Source: Epiperipatus broadwayi (Eukaryota; Animalia; Onychophora). Taken from it: a DNA stretch of 64,000 bases. The stretch is from assembly GCA_028023455.1 (NCBI GenBank), contig JAQFVV010000007.1, forward strand, positions 7,626,001 to 7,690,000, read 5' to 3'. The notes beneath the pieces are model-generated. The model had not been told where the DNA came from and made no database searches. It saw only the letters and a list, made by a program, of their open reading frames with translations. Position numbers and translations under genes: made by a program. Every line of letters starts with the position of its first letter. Within the stretch, counting starts at the first letter, position 1. Below, piece after piece: positions 49,566-63,015 of this stretch.

Positions 49566-51699
49566 CATTATCATTTACTAATATATGTAATATTACTAAC
49601 AGTTTAATATAATTGGAAAATTTAAATAAAGTTTAATTTTTTTTAAAGATGTTCAATATTTAATATTAACAGTATGCACCCTCTCAACGAGATAAGTTAA
49701 GGCAGTTGCATCTCACTATAGTCAGATTTAAAGTCTTCATATAGGATGTCATGAATGATGTAGACTCTCTTCAGGGGTTCCTATCAATATACTAGAATAA
49801 TAATAATAATAAATCTCACTGAAGTTAATATAATAATCAATAAAGATTATTATATTAAAGGTTTGTTCTTATCTTATAAAATCAAATAAATAAATAAAAC
49901 AAAATTGAAGATTTCATTTAGTTTAATATAAAACATAATAATTATTTATTTAACAAATAAATAACTTAAACTTGATAATACATAAGAATTATTTATATAT
50001 CTACTACCGTATATTAAAAATATAATCTATTTACCCACAGTAGATATATTTTGTAACTTATAACACTACATGATATTATAACTTATATAAAATATAAGTA
50101 TCTAAATATTAAGAGTACTATATTAAAACTATTATATAATAATTAGATTATATAAATAATAATCCAATTATTTGTATATAATGTTTTCATTCATTAAAAT
50201 GATTGTACATAATTTATGTTTATTAATATAAAAAATATATTTCATATCAATGTTAGTCATTTATCCACTTATCATACATAATTGTTATTAGATTATTTGG
50301 ATTAGTACAACAAAGTAGTGTCATGACATAAAAAATAATAGTATGTGAATTGAAAAATAATTTAATTTCTTACCTCTAAGTTCAATCTATCCCTTTATAT
50401 TTTTATATGCCTTTCCCATGTTAATATTTCTTAACCTATATCTAAATTTTTATTAATTTTAAATAAAAACAAAAATATCTTAAATTATTAATTCTCTCTT
50501 CTTATTTATTTCTTTAATGAAATGAATTCGATAATAAAGGAAATGAGATTAATATTTCCCAATTATAATTTTTAAAAATTAAATGGTATTTATATAAGTT
50601 AATGCAATAGTCCTAGATGTTCCTGAAATTTGGGAATGAAAATCCTTCGAAGATACAATTCTTAATTCTTTAGTTGTTATGCATTGAAGAAGATAATATG
50701 AGATCTCAAGTTGACATTTAGTTTCCTCTTTGTGGGTAGATAGCATCTTCTTTTATACCCAGTTCTTTTATTAACAATTATAATTCCATTTTAAAGATAT
50801 AGCTTCTATATAATTTTGAAGGCATTTGGCAAAAGTTGTTATTCATGTATATATATATATTTGACTAAACAAGCACATTTTATATATCTGAAAATAAATT
50901 GGTGTTCTACTCACTTTGCATTTTTCTTATAATGTAAAATACATTAATTTAATTTAGTTGAAGTTTTTATAAAAATGTTCTTTTTAAAACAATATTCACA
51001 TTTAGAACTCCAACTAGAATGATCTTTATAGAATACGAAATTATATTCAAATTATGTAATTTAGAAATTACTTTTCTTTAAGAATATTACAATTTTTTTC
51101 TAATAAGTATTAAATCATTCAAAATATAGATTTTATCCTATTGGCTGTTCTTTTAAATCGAACACAGTATAAGTCTTTGTGAGGATATAGCTGAAAAAAT
51201 AGAATCTTTTAATCTTCTAAAAAAAATTTGATTTTTTTTTATATCTAGTTGCATGAGCTTGCTGAAGAATATCATATTATATATTGTTACATTACAATTC
51301 GATATTAAATCATTACGTTAATTTCATTCCCTTTAATTCGATAAACTGTATGTGAACTTAGAGGTCATCATCATGTCAATTGTCTTTTCACAAAAATGTT
51401 TTTTCATTTTAAAGAATGAAAAATACTAATTTACTACATTACATATTTATTTTTATAAATATAATAGGAATACAAATATAATGTTTACATATTGATTATA
51501 TGTATGTGTGAATATACAAGCAACTTATAAATAAATAAAACTACTGCCACTACATGGCAGTATAGAAATAGAAGAAATGGGTAACAAACAAACAAAGCAA
51601 TTTAAAATTTTAGTCAGAAAAAATAGCAGAGAAAAAAGAAGAAACAAAGAAAAATGTTAGAATTTCTAAACATGTAATTGAAGAATGAAAATGCGACTG

Positions 51700-52450
51700 T
51701 GCAAACATACAATCTTTGTCAAAGTTATAGTTGATTATGGTGTAAAAAATAAATTTTCTTTACTCAAATAGCAAATAAAATGACCAACATGTGATATATG
51801 CAAACATGTTTGCATTTAGTAGCTTGATTTGTAAAGACATACTAAAAGACACCTTTAGCTTATTATTCTTTTGATTTTCTCAGTCTCAATGTTGGCCATA
51901 TTTTTTATGAATGACTTCTCATGATAATGATAATGATTAAAAGTACTGCATTGTATCACAATTAAAAGTCGACCAGTTTTATCACCAGATTGGCTGAAGT
52001 GCCATCTCTGAATCAATGCACATATTATGTAGTGACAGAGTTTAACTATTCCCCACAAACGTTTTAAGGTACTAGCATATCTGATCATAAGTTAAAACAT
52101 AGAATAAGGCAGATTATTTTAAACCTTAATTTATTATAGAACAACATGGCAATATTAAATTGTCTTGAGCATTGAAGCCATGTATCACAAAAACTATCAA
52201 GTGGTTTGCAAGATTTCATGACAACAGAGTGAGCATTGATGAGCATACGAGTAGAAAACACATTGCCACATTTCATTAGCAATTTAAAATGTTTGTTGTG
52301 CATAGATAGACTATGTTGCTATGTAACTCATGTATTGCTTCAAAGGTGATTCTGCAGGGAGCTTGGTAATAGAATCAGTTATCTTTTCACCACTACACAA
52401 GGTATATGTTTGTGACAAAATAAACCATTTTCAATTTTATTTTTGCAGTT
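51700..52450 (-). mobile_element. Possible mariner N-terminal remnant
   Basis: FRDGTS...KTGR and TEKIKRII resemble the mariner HTH/linker region; heavily degraded. Confidence 0.3.
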
Positions 52451-53393
52451 CTTGATCAAAAATAAATGTAATTCTTCATTTAAAGGCATAATTATTTCTG
52501 AAAATATGACTTTTTCTTTTCATATCAAATAAAGTCAAAATTCTTTTTTTTAAATATATATATATATAACAAGCTAATTATTACCTTCATATTAAATAGG
52601 TAAACAATCCAGTTCAAAAACTAATAAAATTTAATTTAAAAACTGCTTTCTTTCAATCTGAACCGATGAATTTTATTAAATTTTAATTTAATATGTAAAG
52701 TGATTCAATATAAAAATCCTTTTCATCTAGAGAAAAATAAAGCTGGCTGGTAAACGGGTATAAAAAATAAAATACGAAGTTATTATTGTAAATAATTAAA
52801 AATTAAGATAATTTTCCCACAATTTCTTTTCATAGAAAAGAAATTTTATTAGGCAACAAAAATGTAATTTAATATTAAAAATATAATCACTAAATTTATA
52901 ATATATAAACAAATACACACATACAAATAATGAATGAATAAGATATTTGTAATCAAAAAACTATTTACATCATCAAACATGCCAATCAAAATATAGGGAT
53001 TGAACTCGGAATTAACTTACAATTTTTGTTTTAATCATAAACAACACATACCTGCCTTCTGTAGTCAGATGGAAATTGTCATTAATATTGCAAGAATGTA
53101 TATATATTTATAAAAACATATATATATTATACCATTGTTTCTTATTATATAATAAAATATACAAAAGAATGGCTAGATGAATTTAAGGAGTGGCCAAGAT
53201 TAATGTATATACTTAGATATAGTAATTATACGTTGAATTCCTTCCGTTATCTAATATTAAATGTTAAATGTTTTTATAAAAAATCAAACTTTATTTAATC
53301 TTTTCAAATGTTATTAGTAGCACTCAAGGTAGTATAATAATACAAGGTATTATTTTCCATGTTTCAGGTCTTGCTGAATGATCAGTACCAATA

Positions 53394-53476
53394 CTAGAAC
53401 AGGAATCGAACCTGGTATCTTTAGATCTGAGAATACTAAATTTAAGATGACACTCAAACCAACTAAGCTATCTCTC
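53394..53476 (-). pseudogene. tRNA pseudogene or SINE head with expanded anticodon region
   Basis: A-box tagcttagttgg, B-box ggttcgattcc; poor acceptor stem. Confidence 0.6.
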
Positions 53477-54038
53477 AAAGTCAATGATTAGTAGACATTT
53501 TATACATTTATTTATCAGCATTCTCCTGGTTTCCAAATATAGTGTCTTATCCACTAGGGTGACTTATGGGATTAATTTCCATTGTGGATTTGAGCTGTTT
53601 CTTTAACTTTTCTGCTTTACTTTTTTCTCTCTGTCCACTATTATCATTTTTGTACTAATTGAACATGCATATGCTCATCGGTACATATGATATCTGTTAA
53701 TTTATATATATATATCTGCTTATTTTTTTTTAAACATCAGCTGGTGTTTCACTTTTCATTTGGGAAACTGATTTCATTAATATACTTTTTTCCACATTCG
53801 CATTATTTTCTAGATGAATATGACAATAATACTGGCATCAACAAAGATTTTGAGCATTCTATCATCAAATTTCCAATGATATGGATGGCTGAAGAATTGA
53901 AGAGTGGAGAAGATTGAATCCTATCTAAGTTTGAAGATGTGCTATCTTAATATATACTGGACAATGATTATATATTGTAATGGGTACATACACCATTACA
54001 TTATTTTTTTTAAAAATTAAACATGAAAAATAAAAGTT

Positions 54039-54154
54039 GTCTTGCGTTGTTAGCCGAGAGGTATCGCAGCCGCCAAGCAAGCAAGTAGTTGGTTGCAGAC
54101 GGTTGTGGGTTCGCGTCCCGGCCGATGCTATGACATATGAAAAAAAAAATAAAT
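54039..54154 (+). mobile_element. Young tRNA-derived SINE with 11-bp target-site duplication
   Basis: A-box tagccgagagg, B-box ggttcgcgtcc, CpG-rich, A-tail; TSD aaataaaagtt at 54028-54038 and 54155-54165. Confidence 0.85.
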
Positions 54155-55990
54155 AAATAAAAGTTCGCAAATAAAAACTTCTTTTTTAAGAATTAAAAAT
54201 TAAAAATTAAAAATCATCTAAACTCTAATATATAAAATCGCACAGATAAAAAATTATTAAAAGAAAACTTTATTAAAAAAAAAGAAAAAGTTTTAAAACT
54301 AAATATTAAGAAAAAGACTTGAAAGATTTAAAGATAAAAAACAATGTACAATAATTTAATTAATGCTATTTAAAATGGAAATGATTATTTTAATTAGTTA
54401 AGTGTAAGATAGCCCTTGGGCATTGCAGAAATGTATAATTAAAAGTCAGATAGGAGAGAAAAAACAATGGGAACAGAATGGCCAACGAAAGAAATCCCTC
54501 AGGAAATGGACCAGAACGAAAAGACCATCACCATTGTCATGATGTAATGTCCACTGAATCCAAAAATCTAATATAAAAGAAAAAGTTTGGAAATAAATTT
54601 TAGTGAGTGAAGAAAGAGCTGGGAGAGAAGATAGAGATGTGACTATATGTGTTAGGGCAGAGAGAGTTGAAGGAGAAGGGATTGAAAAGACGCACTCTTC
54701 AATCCCTTCAGTTTTACTATAAAAAAAAGGAAAGAAAGAGAAATGACCAATCATTTTCTATATTGTGGACCACAGGACATTGGGGGAATTAATGCTGAAT
54801 TCCAAATGGCAAGCAATGGATAAAGATGAACTTTTGAAAAACCATAAGAACTTTATGAACATTGTCAAAACAATAACTCTAAATTCTAAACATTTCAGTA
54901 AATAATACAAATAGAATCCTATCTGATCAATGTAAATTAATATTAATAAAGTTATTTGATATATATTTTTTTAAAAATCATTTCCATTTAATTTTTTTTT
55001 TGTTCTTTTAAGTTTAATTATGATTTTTTTTTTTTTGTTAAACAACTTGTAATAAATGCTAAACTTAAGTCGGGCATGAATAGCTGCTTAGACTTGTAAA
55101 GTTATATATGTTAGTTTAAGGAAGGGTAATCTTAGGTTATTTGTTTCATAGCTAAATTGGGTCAATGGATTGGATATATTGGTGTAATTAGTAGATGTAG
55201 TATAAGATTCGCTACGGGCAGAATCGTATCATATGCCGCACACACTCTTTTTGCCTATGGAATGGGATGGTAAGACGGAAACCGCAGTCCCTTCCTATGG
55301 AGTTTTTTTTATTGCTCTTCTCATCAGACAGATGTAGTATTCCTGTATGAATGAGAGTCAATGTCTTCTATAACCTAACCATGCTGTTCAGATGTACATT
55401 CCTGACAGTAAGGTATTTGTGCTGTCATATTCATGCTACATCGAATACATCGATGGATCAGATGGATTGATGTTGGTTTAACTGCAGACTTTTGGCCTAA
55501 GGTTAAATAAGGGATTTTCTTTTCAAATGCAAATCTATGTAGTCTATTCATACTTGACACTCTAATAAATATTAAACTCATCTGTGCGAACTTTTAAAAT
55601 AAAATAAAAACAGTTAAATCGTAAATTAAAATCTAAAGTAAAATAAGTTATAATGTTTTGTAAAAAAATAAAAGTTAGAATAAAATAATAATGCTAAATT
55701 TTATATATATTAAATAAATATTTGTGTGTGTTATTATTGGCAGTGGCTTCTTTTATTTTTTTAATATTGAAAATATTTTTAGATAAGAATTCATATTTTA
55801 TAAATCTCTACATCTCACTGAGCTAATGGCATTGGGCTAACGGTTTAAAATATAAAATAAAGTGGAATCTTAACAGCATGTATCTGCCTACTCTATAAAT
55901 TTTCTAGGTTCTAAGTAGCCTAGTGGTGCTCTGTAGTGTAGATATGGTGAGACTAAATTGATCTCATTTCCATCGGACCATTATAATAGA
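54155..55990 (-). mobile_element. Family D element, copy 3 (inverted, more diverged, lacks second unit)
   Basis: Reverse-complement similarity to copies 1 and 2; IPYLTLGQKSAVKP in ORF 55375-55581; SNPLTQFSYETNNLRLPFLKL on the minus strand at ~55100-55175. Confidence 0.8.
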
Positions 55991-56016
55991 TATATGGGGG
56001 GGGGTGATAATCTGGA

Positions 56017-56055
56017 CCAACTGAAATGTTGGTTCAGCATGAAATACTATATTGG
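56017..56055 (+). ncRNA. Family B hammerhead, full-length but with a core deletion
   Basis: ccaa-CTGAA-atgttg-gtt-cagcat-GAAA-tactata-ttgg; stem I ccaa/ttgg. Confidence 0.6.
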
Positions 56056-56599
56056 AGATCATTTATCTTTTTAATATTATGTAGTCATGTGTGTTGTCTG
56101 TATAAGATGGAATGGATCACTGTAGGGAGCTTGAAAGTTGGAGTTCAAATCCCTTCTAATTACATTAAGTTCATAATATACTTGTATTTAAATATTAAAT
56201 GTCATTTTGTTATTTCAAATTTAGGATTTGTAGATGTGATGATTTTTTATAGTGTGCAACAGCTTTGGTAAGATGATCTTATGTTATATTAATTGCAGAT
56301 TTTCTTAGTTTGTCTGTTATCTTTGGTATTTATGTATACAATAGAGTATGGCAATTTTTTTTTATAATTTCATTTAGATAAAGAATTTGTTTATTTTGAA
56401 AATATTAAAGTAAAACTGCAAAATGGAGAATTAAAATCAGATTTCCTTTTTTTAAGAGGTTAAAAAAATTTTTTAACCATAGTATCTAAATGAAGATGTT
56501 AATCACATTATACAATAAAAGATCATTTTAAAACAACATTTGCAATAAAAAATTAAATAAAGCTAATCTAATCAACAATCTCATATCATGTCAGTAAAT

Positions 56600-58010
56600 G
56601 GGTGTCTGGTTAAAAAGAATAAAAATTGCAAAGATCATTATTATGAATAATGAAAAACTGTGTAATTCCAGTTCCTTCATTAATAATCTTTTGAGTGAGA
56701 GAAAGACTGATGGATAAACATTCATTTTATTTTATTATCCTGTCCAAGCTGGCTATGCAAGTTAAGCTGTTTCAAATTATGCAACACAATGCATCAAAAA
56801 AGTGAAAATGTTTATCTCTTTTGATAGTGATTTGTCAATTCTTGCTACATCTAACATAATGTATTTAAATATCTCAATAATTTGTAATGAAATCTGTTAC
56901 AACTTTATAATATTGAATATTCAAATAGATATATTAGTGGAAGATGTTGAAAATATTAATACAATTTTAATGTACTTTTGGAATTGACAATCCTTATCAA
57001 AAGCAACTGTTATATATGTGTCCCAGAAAAATTATAACTGATTCTTTATCTCTGGGCTAAATGCAGTTTTGTCTTTGAATCAACACATGTATTATTTAAT
57101 GACAAGGCTATTGATCACAAAAACTTTATGGCATTAAACTGTTTGGATTACAATTTGACATGAAATATGGCAGTGTCTTTCATGCTTTCATAAATTATCT
57201 TCAATGAGGTCGCTGTAACCATGAAATCTACCAAAACCATTCAAAGACATTCTGTTTTACAGCTTCATTCCCATAAACAATTTGAATGCAAGTGCATTAT
57301 GAGTTAAGGTATACAACATACTATCACAATTTTGTGCCATAACTTGTGGTCTAAACACATTAGTTCTTTACAATGTTTGAGGTAAAGAACCAAATTATGT
57401 CTGTACATAATATTTGTATTGAACCAGAAATAGTATTTCAGATAGCTTTGAGAGGGAATAGACACCAGTCATATTTTTATTGGGACACAATGTGATATTA
57501 CTAGTCTTTAATTTATCCCGTTTGAATAGTTAAAAGAGATTGTAGTTATAAATATTCTAAATGAGTTTTCCAGAGACCCATTTAAGAGACTTGTAAATTT
57601 AATTCAAGTTAACAAAGAAAAAAATACCATTAATGGCACAGCTCTTCCCTCTTTATTTACTAAAAAAATAATACTGAATTTTTAAAAATTTATCAAAATA
57701 AAAATTTAAAATAAATAATTATATTTACAACTGAAATAATGTTTCTGTCAAAATAATATAATCTTATAAAGCTTTGAAATAAATAAAAATAATTGGTAGA
57801 TTATTATTTTCTATATGTAAATAAACAATATATTATCCTTCAAAGCATTTAACAATCGCATGATAAATGAATCAAACAAAAACGCTTTTATGACAAGGAA
57901 TTCAGATGAAAATCTCGTCCATTTCAACCAAATCTTTTTAACACCGAGACAGTGTCAAATAGTGGAAATAAACACTGTTTGACTTTCCATGAATAATTCA
58001 CGCATCTCAG
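56600..58010 (-). mobile_element. pogo/Fot1-like DDE transposase remnant
   Basis: Frameshifted motifs NIYNY..DKLKTSNIT (NxDETGIT-like), SVIIFLGH (LLILDGH-like) and INEGTGITQF, in the expected order. Confidence 0.4.
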
Positions 58011-61000
58011 CACTTTTCTGGGGAAGCATTTATTAAATAAATATACAGAATATACATAGCGTTAAATTAATTCAACTCCAGATGAAAGCTACACCATGCG
58101 CCGACATCTGATTCTAGCTGCCTATGATGTCAGCAAGACAGATGGCCTCTGAAAAACTAAAAACCTTATCTAGCTAAACCACAATTATGATTATCTTAAA
58201 GTCAATAATGTACCGTAATCTATTTAATGTAAAACAATTATACTAATGGTAGTCTAAACATTGTCACTAAACTTTTTCAAAACAAAGATAAATCTAACCA
58301 ATCAAGGGAACTCAAAAAAAGTTCATTTATTTCATTCCCCCTTTTTATTATTATTAAAAGGAAGAAATACTTCGTTTCATATATATTTACTTTACATTAG
58401 ATATTTTAAAAAATATAATAATCGAATAATTTATTATTCTGGAATTATTAAAAAGTTAGAAAATCGGGAATGACGAAACAGAACCGCGAATATATATATT
58501 ATTTAAATATACAGTACTGCACTCTCACATATGTATACACATTTCAAACTACCACTGTAGTTACTCCACCACCTCTCTACAAAAAAAAAAAAAAACACCT
58601 TTGCTTCAAATCCTTACTAAATTATACGGATGCCCCCTATGGGGAAGCTCCTGGAAAAATTCTAACCTGGCTTAAAAAATCTCAATTATCATACAAAGTT
58701 TTTCAACTTACAAAAATCCAAACCATAATATGGCAAGCAGATTTATTAATCTTTACACTAAGCTTCGTATAGATTCAAATTCTAGATGAAAACAATACAT
58801 TAATTATCACATTACAAGATCCTACATATATAAACTGTATACATGGGGCAAAATATTAGAAATAACATTTAAATGTGTGTATACATACATGTGTATAAAA
58901 GTAATACTAAAAGAATAAAAGTTTTGAACATTATGTAAAATTAACAAACTGAAATATGAAAAATATGAGATCTGTAAAATTAAAAAAAACAAAAGTGGTA
59001 TTATCAGAAAATTAAAAAACAATTAACTTTTAAATCTAAAAATGAGAATGAAACATGATAAATATTAAAGCAGTATTTGAAAAAGCATAACAATTAAACT
59101 TGAGATGAATTGATATAAATAATGTAATTTTTCCAGACAATTCATGAAATAAATTGAAATACAACCACATAGTTGCATAGATAAATATAATTGCTTAGAT
59201 CAGAATGTAAAAAAATAAATCCTAAAAAAAATAAAATACAAAGAATAAATAGATAATCAAATAAATAGTTGGTAAAAATAAATCATGATAATACAAAAGC
59301 ATTTCTCTACTCTAGCACCACCTATATAAGTGTGAGCAGTTAGTGATTACCAGATAATAGTGGGTTACATGAATAAATGACTAAAAGATAGTTGCGAAAT
59401 TTGCCAACATAAATAGATACTTAAAAATTTTTTTTAACATAGTCTGAAAATTAAAGACAAATATATATATATATAAAGTTAATCAATGTGATTAGATTAA
59501 AAGACGACTACATTTGGAATCCAGTGAAGTACTTTACACACACACTTAAACAGATAAGTTCTTAGATAAGTAAGAAGTGAAAGAAAATTGCAAAATATTT
59601 TTCAAATAATACTTTAAATATTGTTCAAATGACTGTTTAAATTAATGTTACTACGTAATTTAAATGAAATCTTTCAACCTAATATTAAATGAATCCTTCT
59701 ATCTAAAATGAATAACAATTTCAATTCAGTCTCTGATTCTATATATTATTGAAGATCAACAGTTAAAGATTAAAAAAGCAAAGGTTATTACAACCGGATT
59801 TGCTATGGCTTCTCTCATGAATAGTATCCATAGAAAGATAAACAAAACAACTGAAAAATAAAGAAAATAAAAGCTTCTTAGTACCATTTTTTTAAAAACA
59901 ATAAATAAGAAATAAATATCTGTGATCTAATGTTTTAGTGTTATTTGAAACAGGAGATAATATATAAAATAATATATATCAAATAATTAAAGACTTGTGG
60001 CAGAATGCTTATCATGTTCGTATTGAGTGGCAATACATATTGAGAGTTTTGCCTGTTTTAATAACATGTTCACCATCTACATTCATATTCTGAATGTAGA
60101 ATCTCAGTTGAACTTTGAACCTTTTTTTAATTAGCTGAGGAGTTTGATCCAAGCTTAGATTCCCCCCAAAAATATCACACTATAGCCAATTTAACCAGAT
60201 ACTCATTATTGGTTAGTAAATGGGTATTTCCCTATTTCTAACTATGGATATCCTAATAAATGTCTTCTCTTTTACAGATCCTTGTTTTTTAATGATCCTG
60301 GAGAAGTATTTTCTAAGCAATGGTCCACATCAAGTTGTTTTATTTTTTTACACATAATTATAATAAATTATAGATGCATAACAAACTAAAACACCACAAG
60401 GTTTTTCTAAATTCTAATTTCAAATAAAAGCAGATTGCAGGGAATTTTCACATTATAGAAGAATGTCATGTATTGTAGGCTCTGTGAATACAGTATTAAA
60501 GTGTTTTAAAAAGTTTCTGTGATTATTTCAAATTATATGAGAACTTGGGAATTCTATAAATATCCAGCAACATTTGTGAGTACATTTAATATGAAAAAAA
60601 CATTAAGCTCAGAATAAAGGTAGCAGTGAATTTTTCTGTAATGCACAAGATTCTGTGTCCCAAACATTGTACATGCTCATAATTGTCCTTTATCACATTT
60701 ACATTATATTCAAGCTACTACCATATATAGTGGTTATAGACTGTATGACAATTAACCCTGGAAAATTGTGTTTCAACATGATTATTACTGTGGTATACAA
60801 TTCTTACCATTTAATACCTATATTCCTATAAAAAAAACCTAGTCATACTTTGTAGGCTTCATCATTGGAATACTTTATGGTTATTATTTGATTATTACTA
60901 TTGCTTATCATAAGAGAAAAAAAATCTGTTTCCTTCCTGATTTGCTGAATCTGAGTCCTCATGGTGGATGAGTTCATTTTGGTTGAAAGAGTTTTATTAT

Positions 61001-62159
61001 ACAGATGCTTAATGAATAATTGATGCTGAATTGATGTCCTTTATTGTCATACTACCTGATGCTTTAATATCATTTAAAATTAATAATTACATTAACAATT
61101 AAATAAACAAACAAACAAAAAGCAATGTATTTATACTTTCTGTAGGATTTTTACTAGCACATTAATGGAATGAAGTTTATCTTCTAATGGTTTGATAAGC
61201 CTGCTTTCTTTCAAGAAATCATTCAGGACTGCACAGGAAGTGACAGATTGAGCTTTAATCCAAACATATTTAGTTCTTGAATCCTTTATCCTATCACTTT
61301 ACTAATCATATAGGACTTAAACAAGGCAAAACTCTTCATACAATTATGTGCTAGTAGAAGAGATGTTGATCATGTGACATATAGGGCTTATTATTGTGTT
61401 TGTTTAAAAGCAATTCTGCAATAAATAGCATTAACTGCTACAAGAAAACAAAAATTAAAATAAATACAATGTTATAAGCTATATTTAGAAAAATAATTAT
61501 TTCAAAAAAAAACATGAAAAATTGTCATTTGTCAATGGGCTTAGCAGATATCTTTGGCTAGATTAGCATACTACTAGGAAATGATGGTTCAATTTCCAAA
61601 GACATGAAACTAAAAAAAAGGTACAAGATACCTACACCACATGAAGATTAATAAATAGCCTGTCAAGCTCAGTCATAGTTAATTTCCAAGTCAGAAAATC
61701 CCTAAGTGCAATGTTTTGACTTGTAGCAGGATCATCAAAAATTGTGTTTGAAAAGAATCAGTTATCCAAAGAATGAGAGTCAGCAGAATGCCTTTGATGC
61801 AGAAAAAAACATGATATTCCTTCTTAATTGTGTACTTCTTGAAGACCAAAAAAAAATATTCAATTTAAAAATAAAGATAAACAAAGACCTACAAGAATTA
61901 GAGTGCAGGTGGTACACCACATTATAATTGTAATTTGTTTTATAATTAATGCATTGATGTACATGTGGCCAAGAAAGATTAACCTAAGACCTTCACCTTT
62001 CATTAAAAAAATAATTAATTTATCAAAAAATAAATAGAAAACTAGCTAGATTATCTAACTTTATATAGACATTCTCATCTACCTGAAAAGTATTCCAAGT
62101 TCCAATAGATTTGAACCCAATATTAACTTCAATTACATCATACAGTCCTTTAGTATTAA

Positions 62160-62525
62160 ACAGATTATATTATTATTATTATTAATGGTATTATTAATGA
62201 TGATATTTGATAAGATGATAATGATATGGTGATAATGTTATTACCATAGCAACAGCAATCATATTTTTGAAGCATATTATCAATAATGATGTTATTATTA
62301 GCATTAGTGACATCATCACATCCAGTGATATTAAAAATTACATCATTTACACTGTCATCAAATGCAGTGACATCACTGTTTATATTCATCAACATAATGA
62401 CATAATTATTAATATCAATACCATCATCAAAAATAATGACCTCAACAATTACATCATTAACTTCAATCATCAATTACTGTTACATTATTGACTACATTAT
62501 CATTAGTATTCATCATCATTATTCT
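62160..62525. repeat. Degenerate ATC/ATT trinucleotide low-complexity tract
   Basis: Explains the I/N/D-rich ORFs 62165-62473 and 62267-62491. Confidence 0.75.
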
Positions 62526-63000
62526 TAATTTTTATTTAGATCTACAAGTATAATAGCTATTTCATATCATATTTATAGCATGCTTTTATCTACTGTATGA
62601 CTCAACACATCTGAAATAAATAATTTTGATATTAAAATCAATGACAGTAGACAGTTTTTTTTTAGCTTTATTAATTTTATTTTTGAAAAATTATTTTTAT
62701 ATGGAAAGATGATTTGGATTTATAATTTAATACAAGTTGATGATTTATGATAAAATTTATACTGTATAATTTTATCATTACAAATGACTGAATCTAACAA
62801 TGAAATGATATTAACAATCTCCAATTCTTTTAAGAATGTACATTAATAATGTGTGTATATATATATGTGTGTGTGAGAGTATGCCATGAATACCACTTTT
62901 CAATGCTTAAGAGCAAAGTGTCTTGTGGAAAGCTAATTCCCAAACATCTCTCAACATCCCTCTTGTTGTAAGCCATTCATATATGATAAATAATCAATGA

Positions 63001-63015
63001 ACACTAGATGGCACT
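63001..63015 (+). promoter_or_regulatory. CTCF-like motif
   Basis: ACACTAGATGGCACT versus consensus CCACTAGATGGCRCT. Confidence 0.3.

Noticed and set aside
49850-50450. Second NUMT (nad1-like, minus strand)
   Set aside because: Only loose matches (QNMS, KPFN) in extremely AT-rich sequence; not supportable without alignment.
1644-62491. Remaining ORF-track entries (60-140 aa)
   Set aside because: I/L/F/K/N-rich open frames expected by chance at this AT content, or antisense or out-of-frame parts of the transposon remnants listed.
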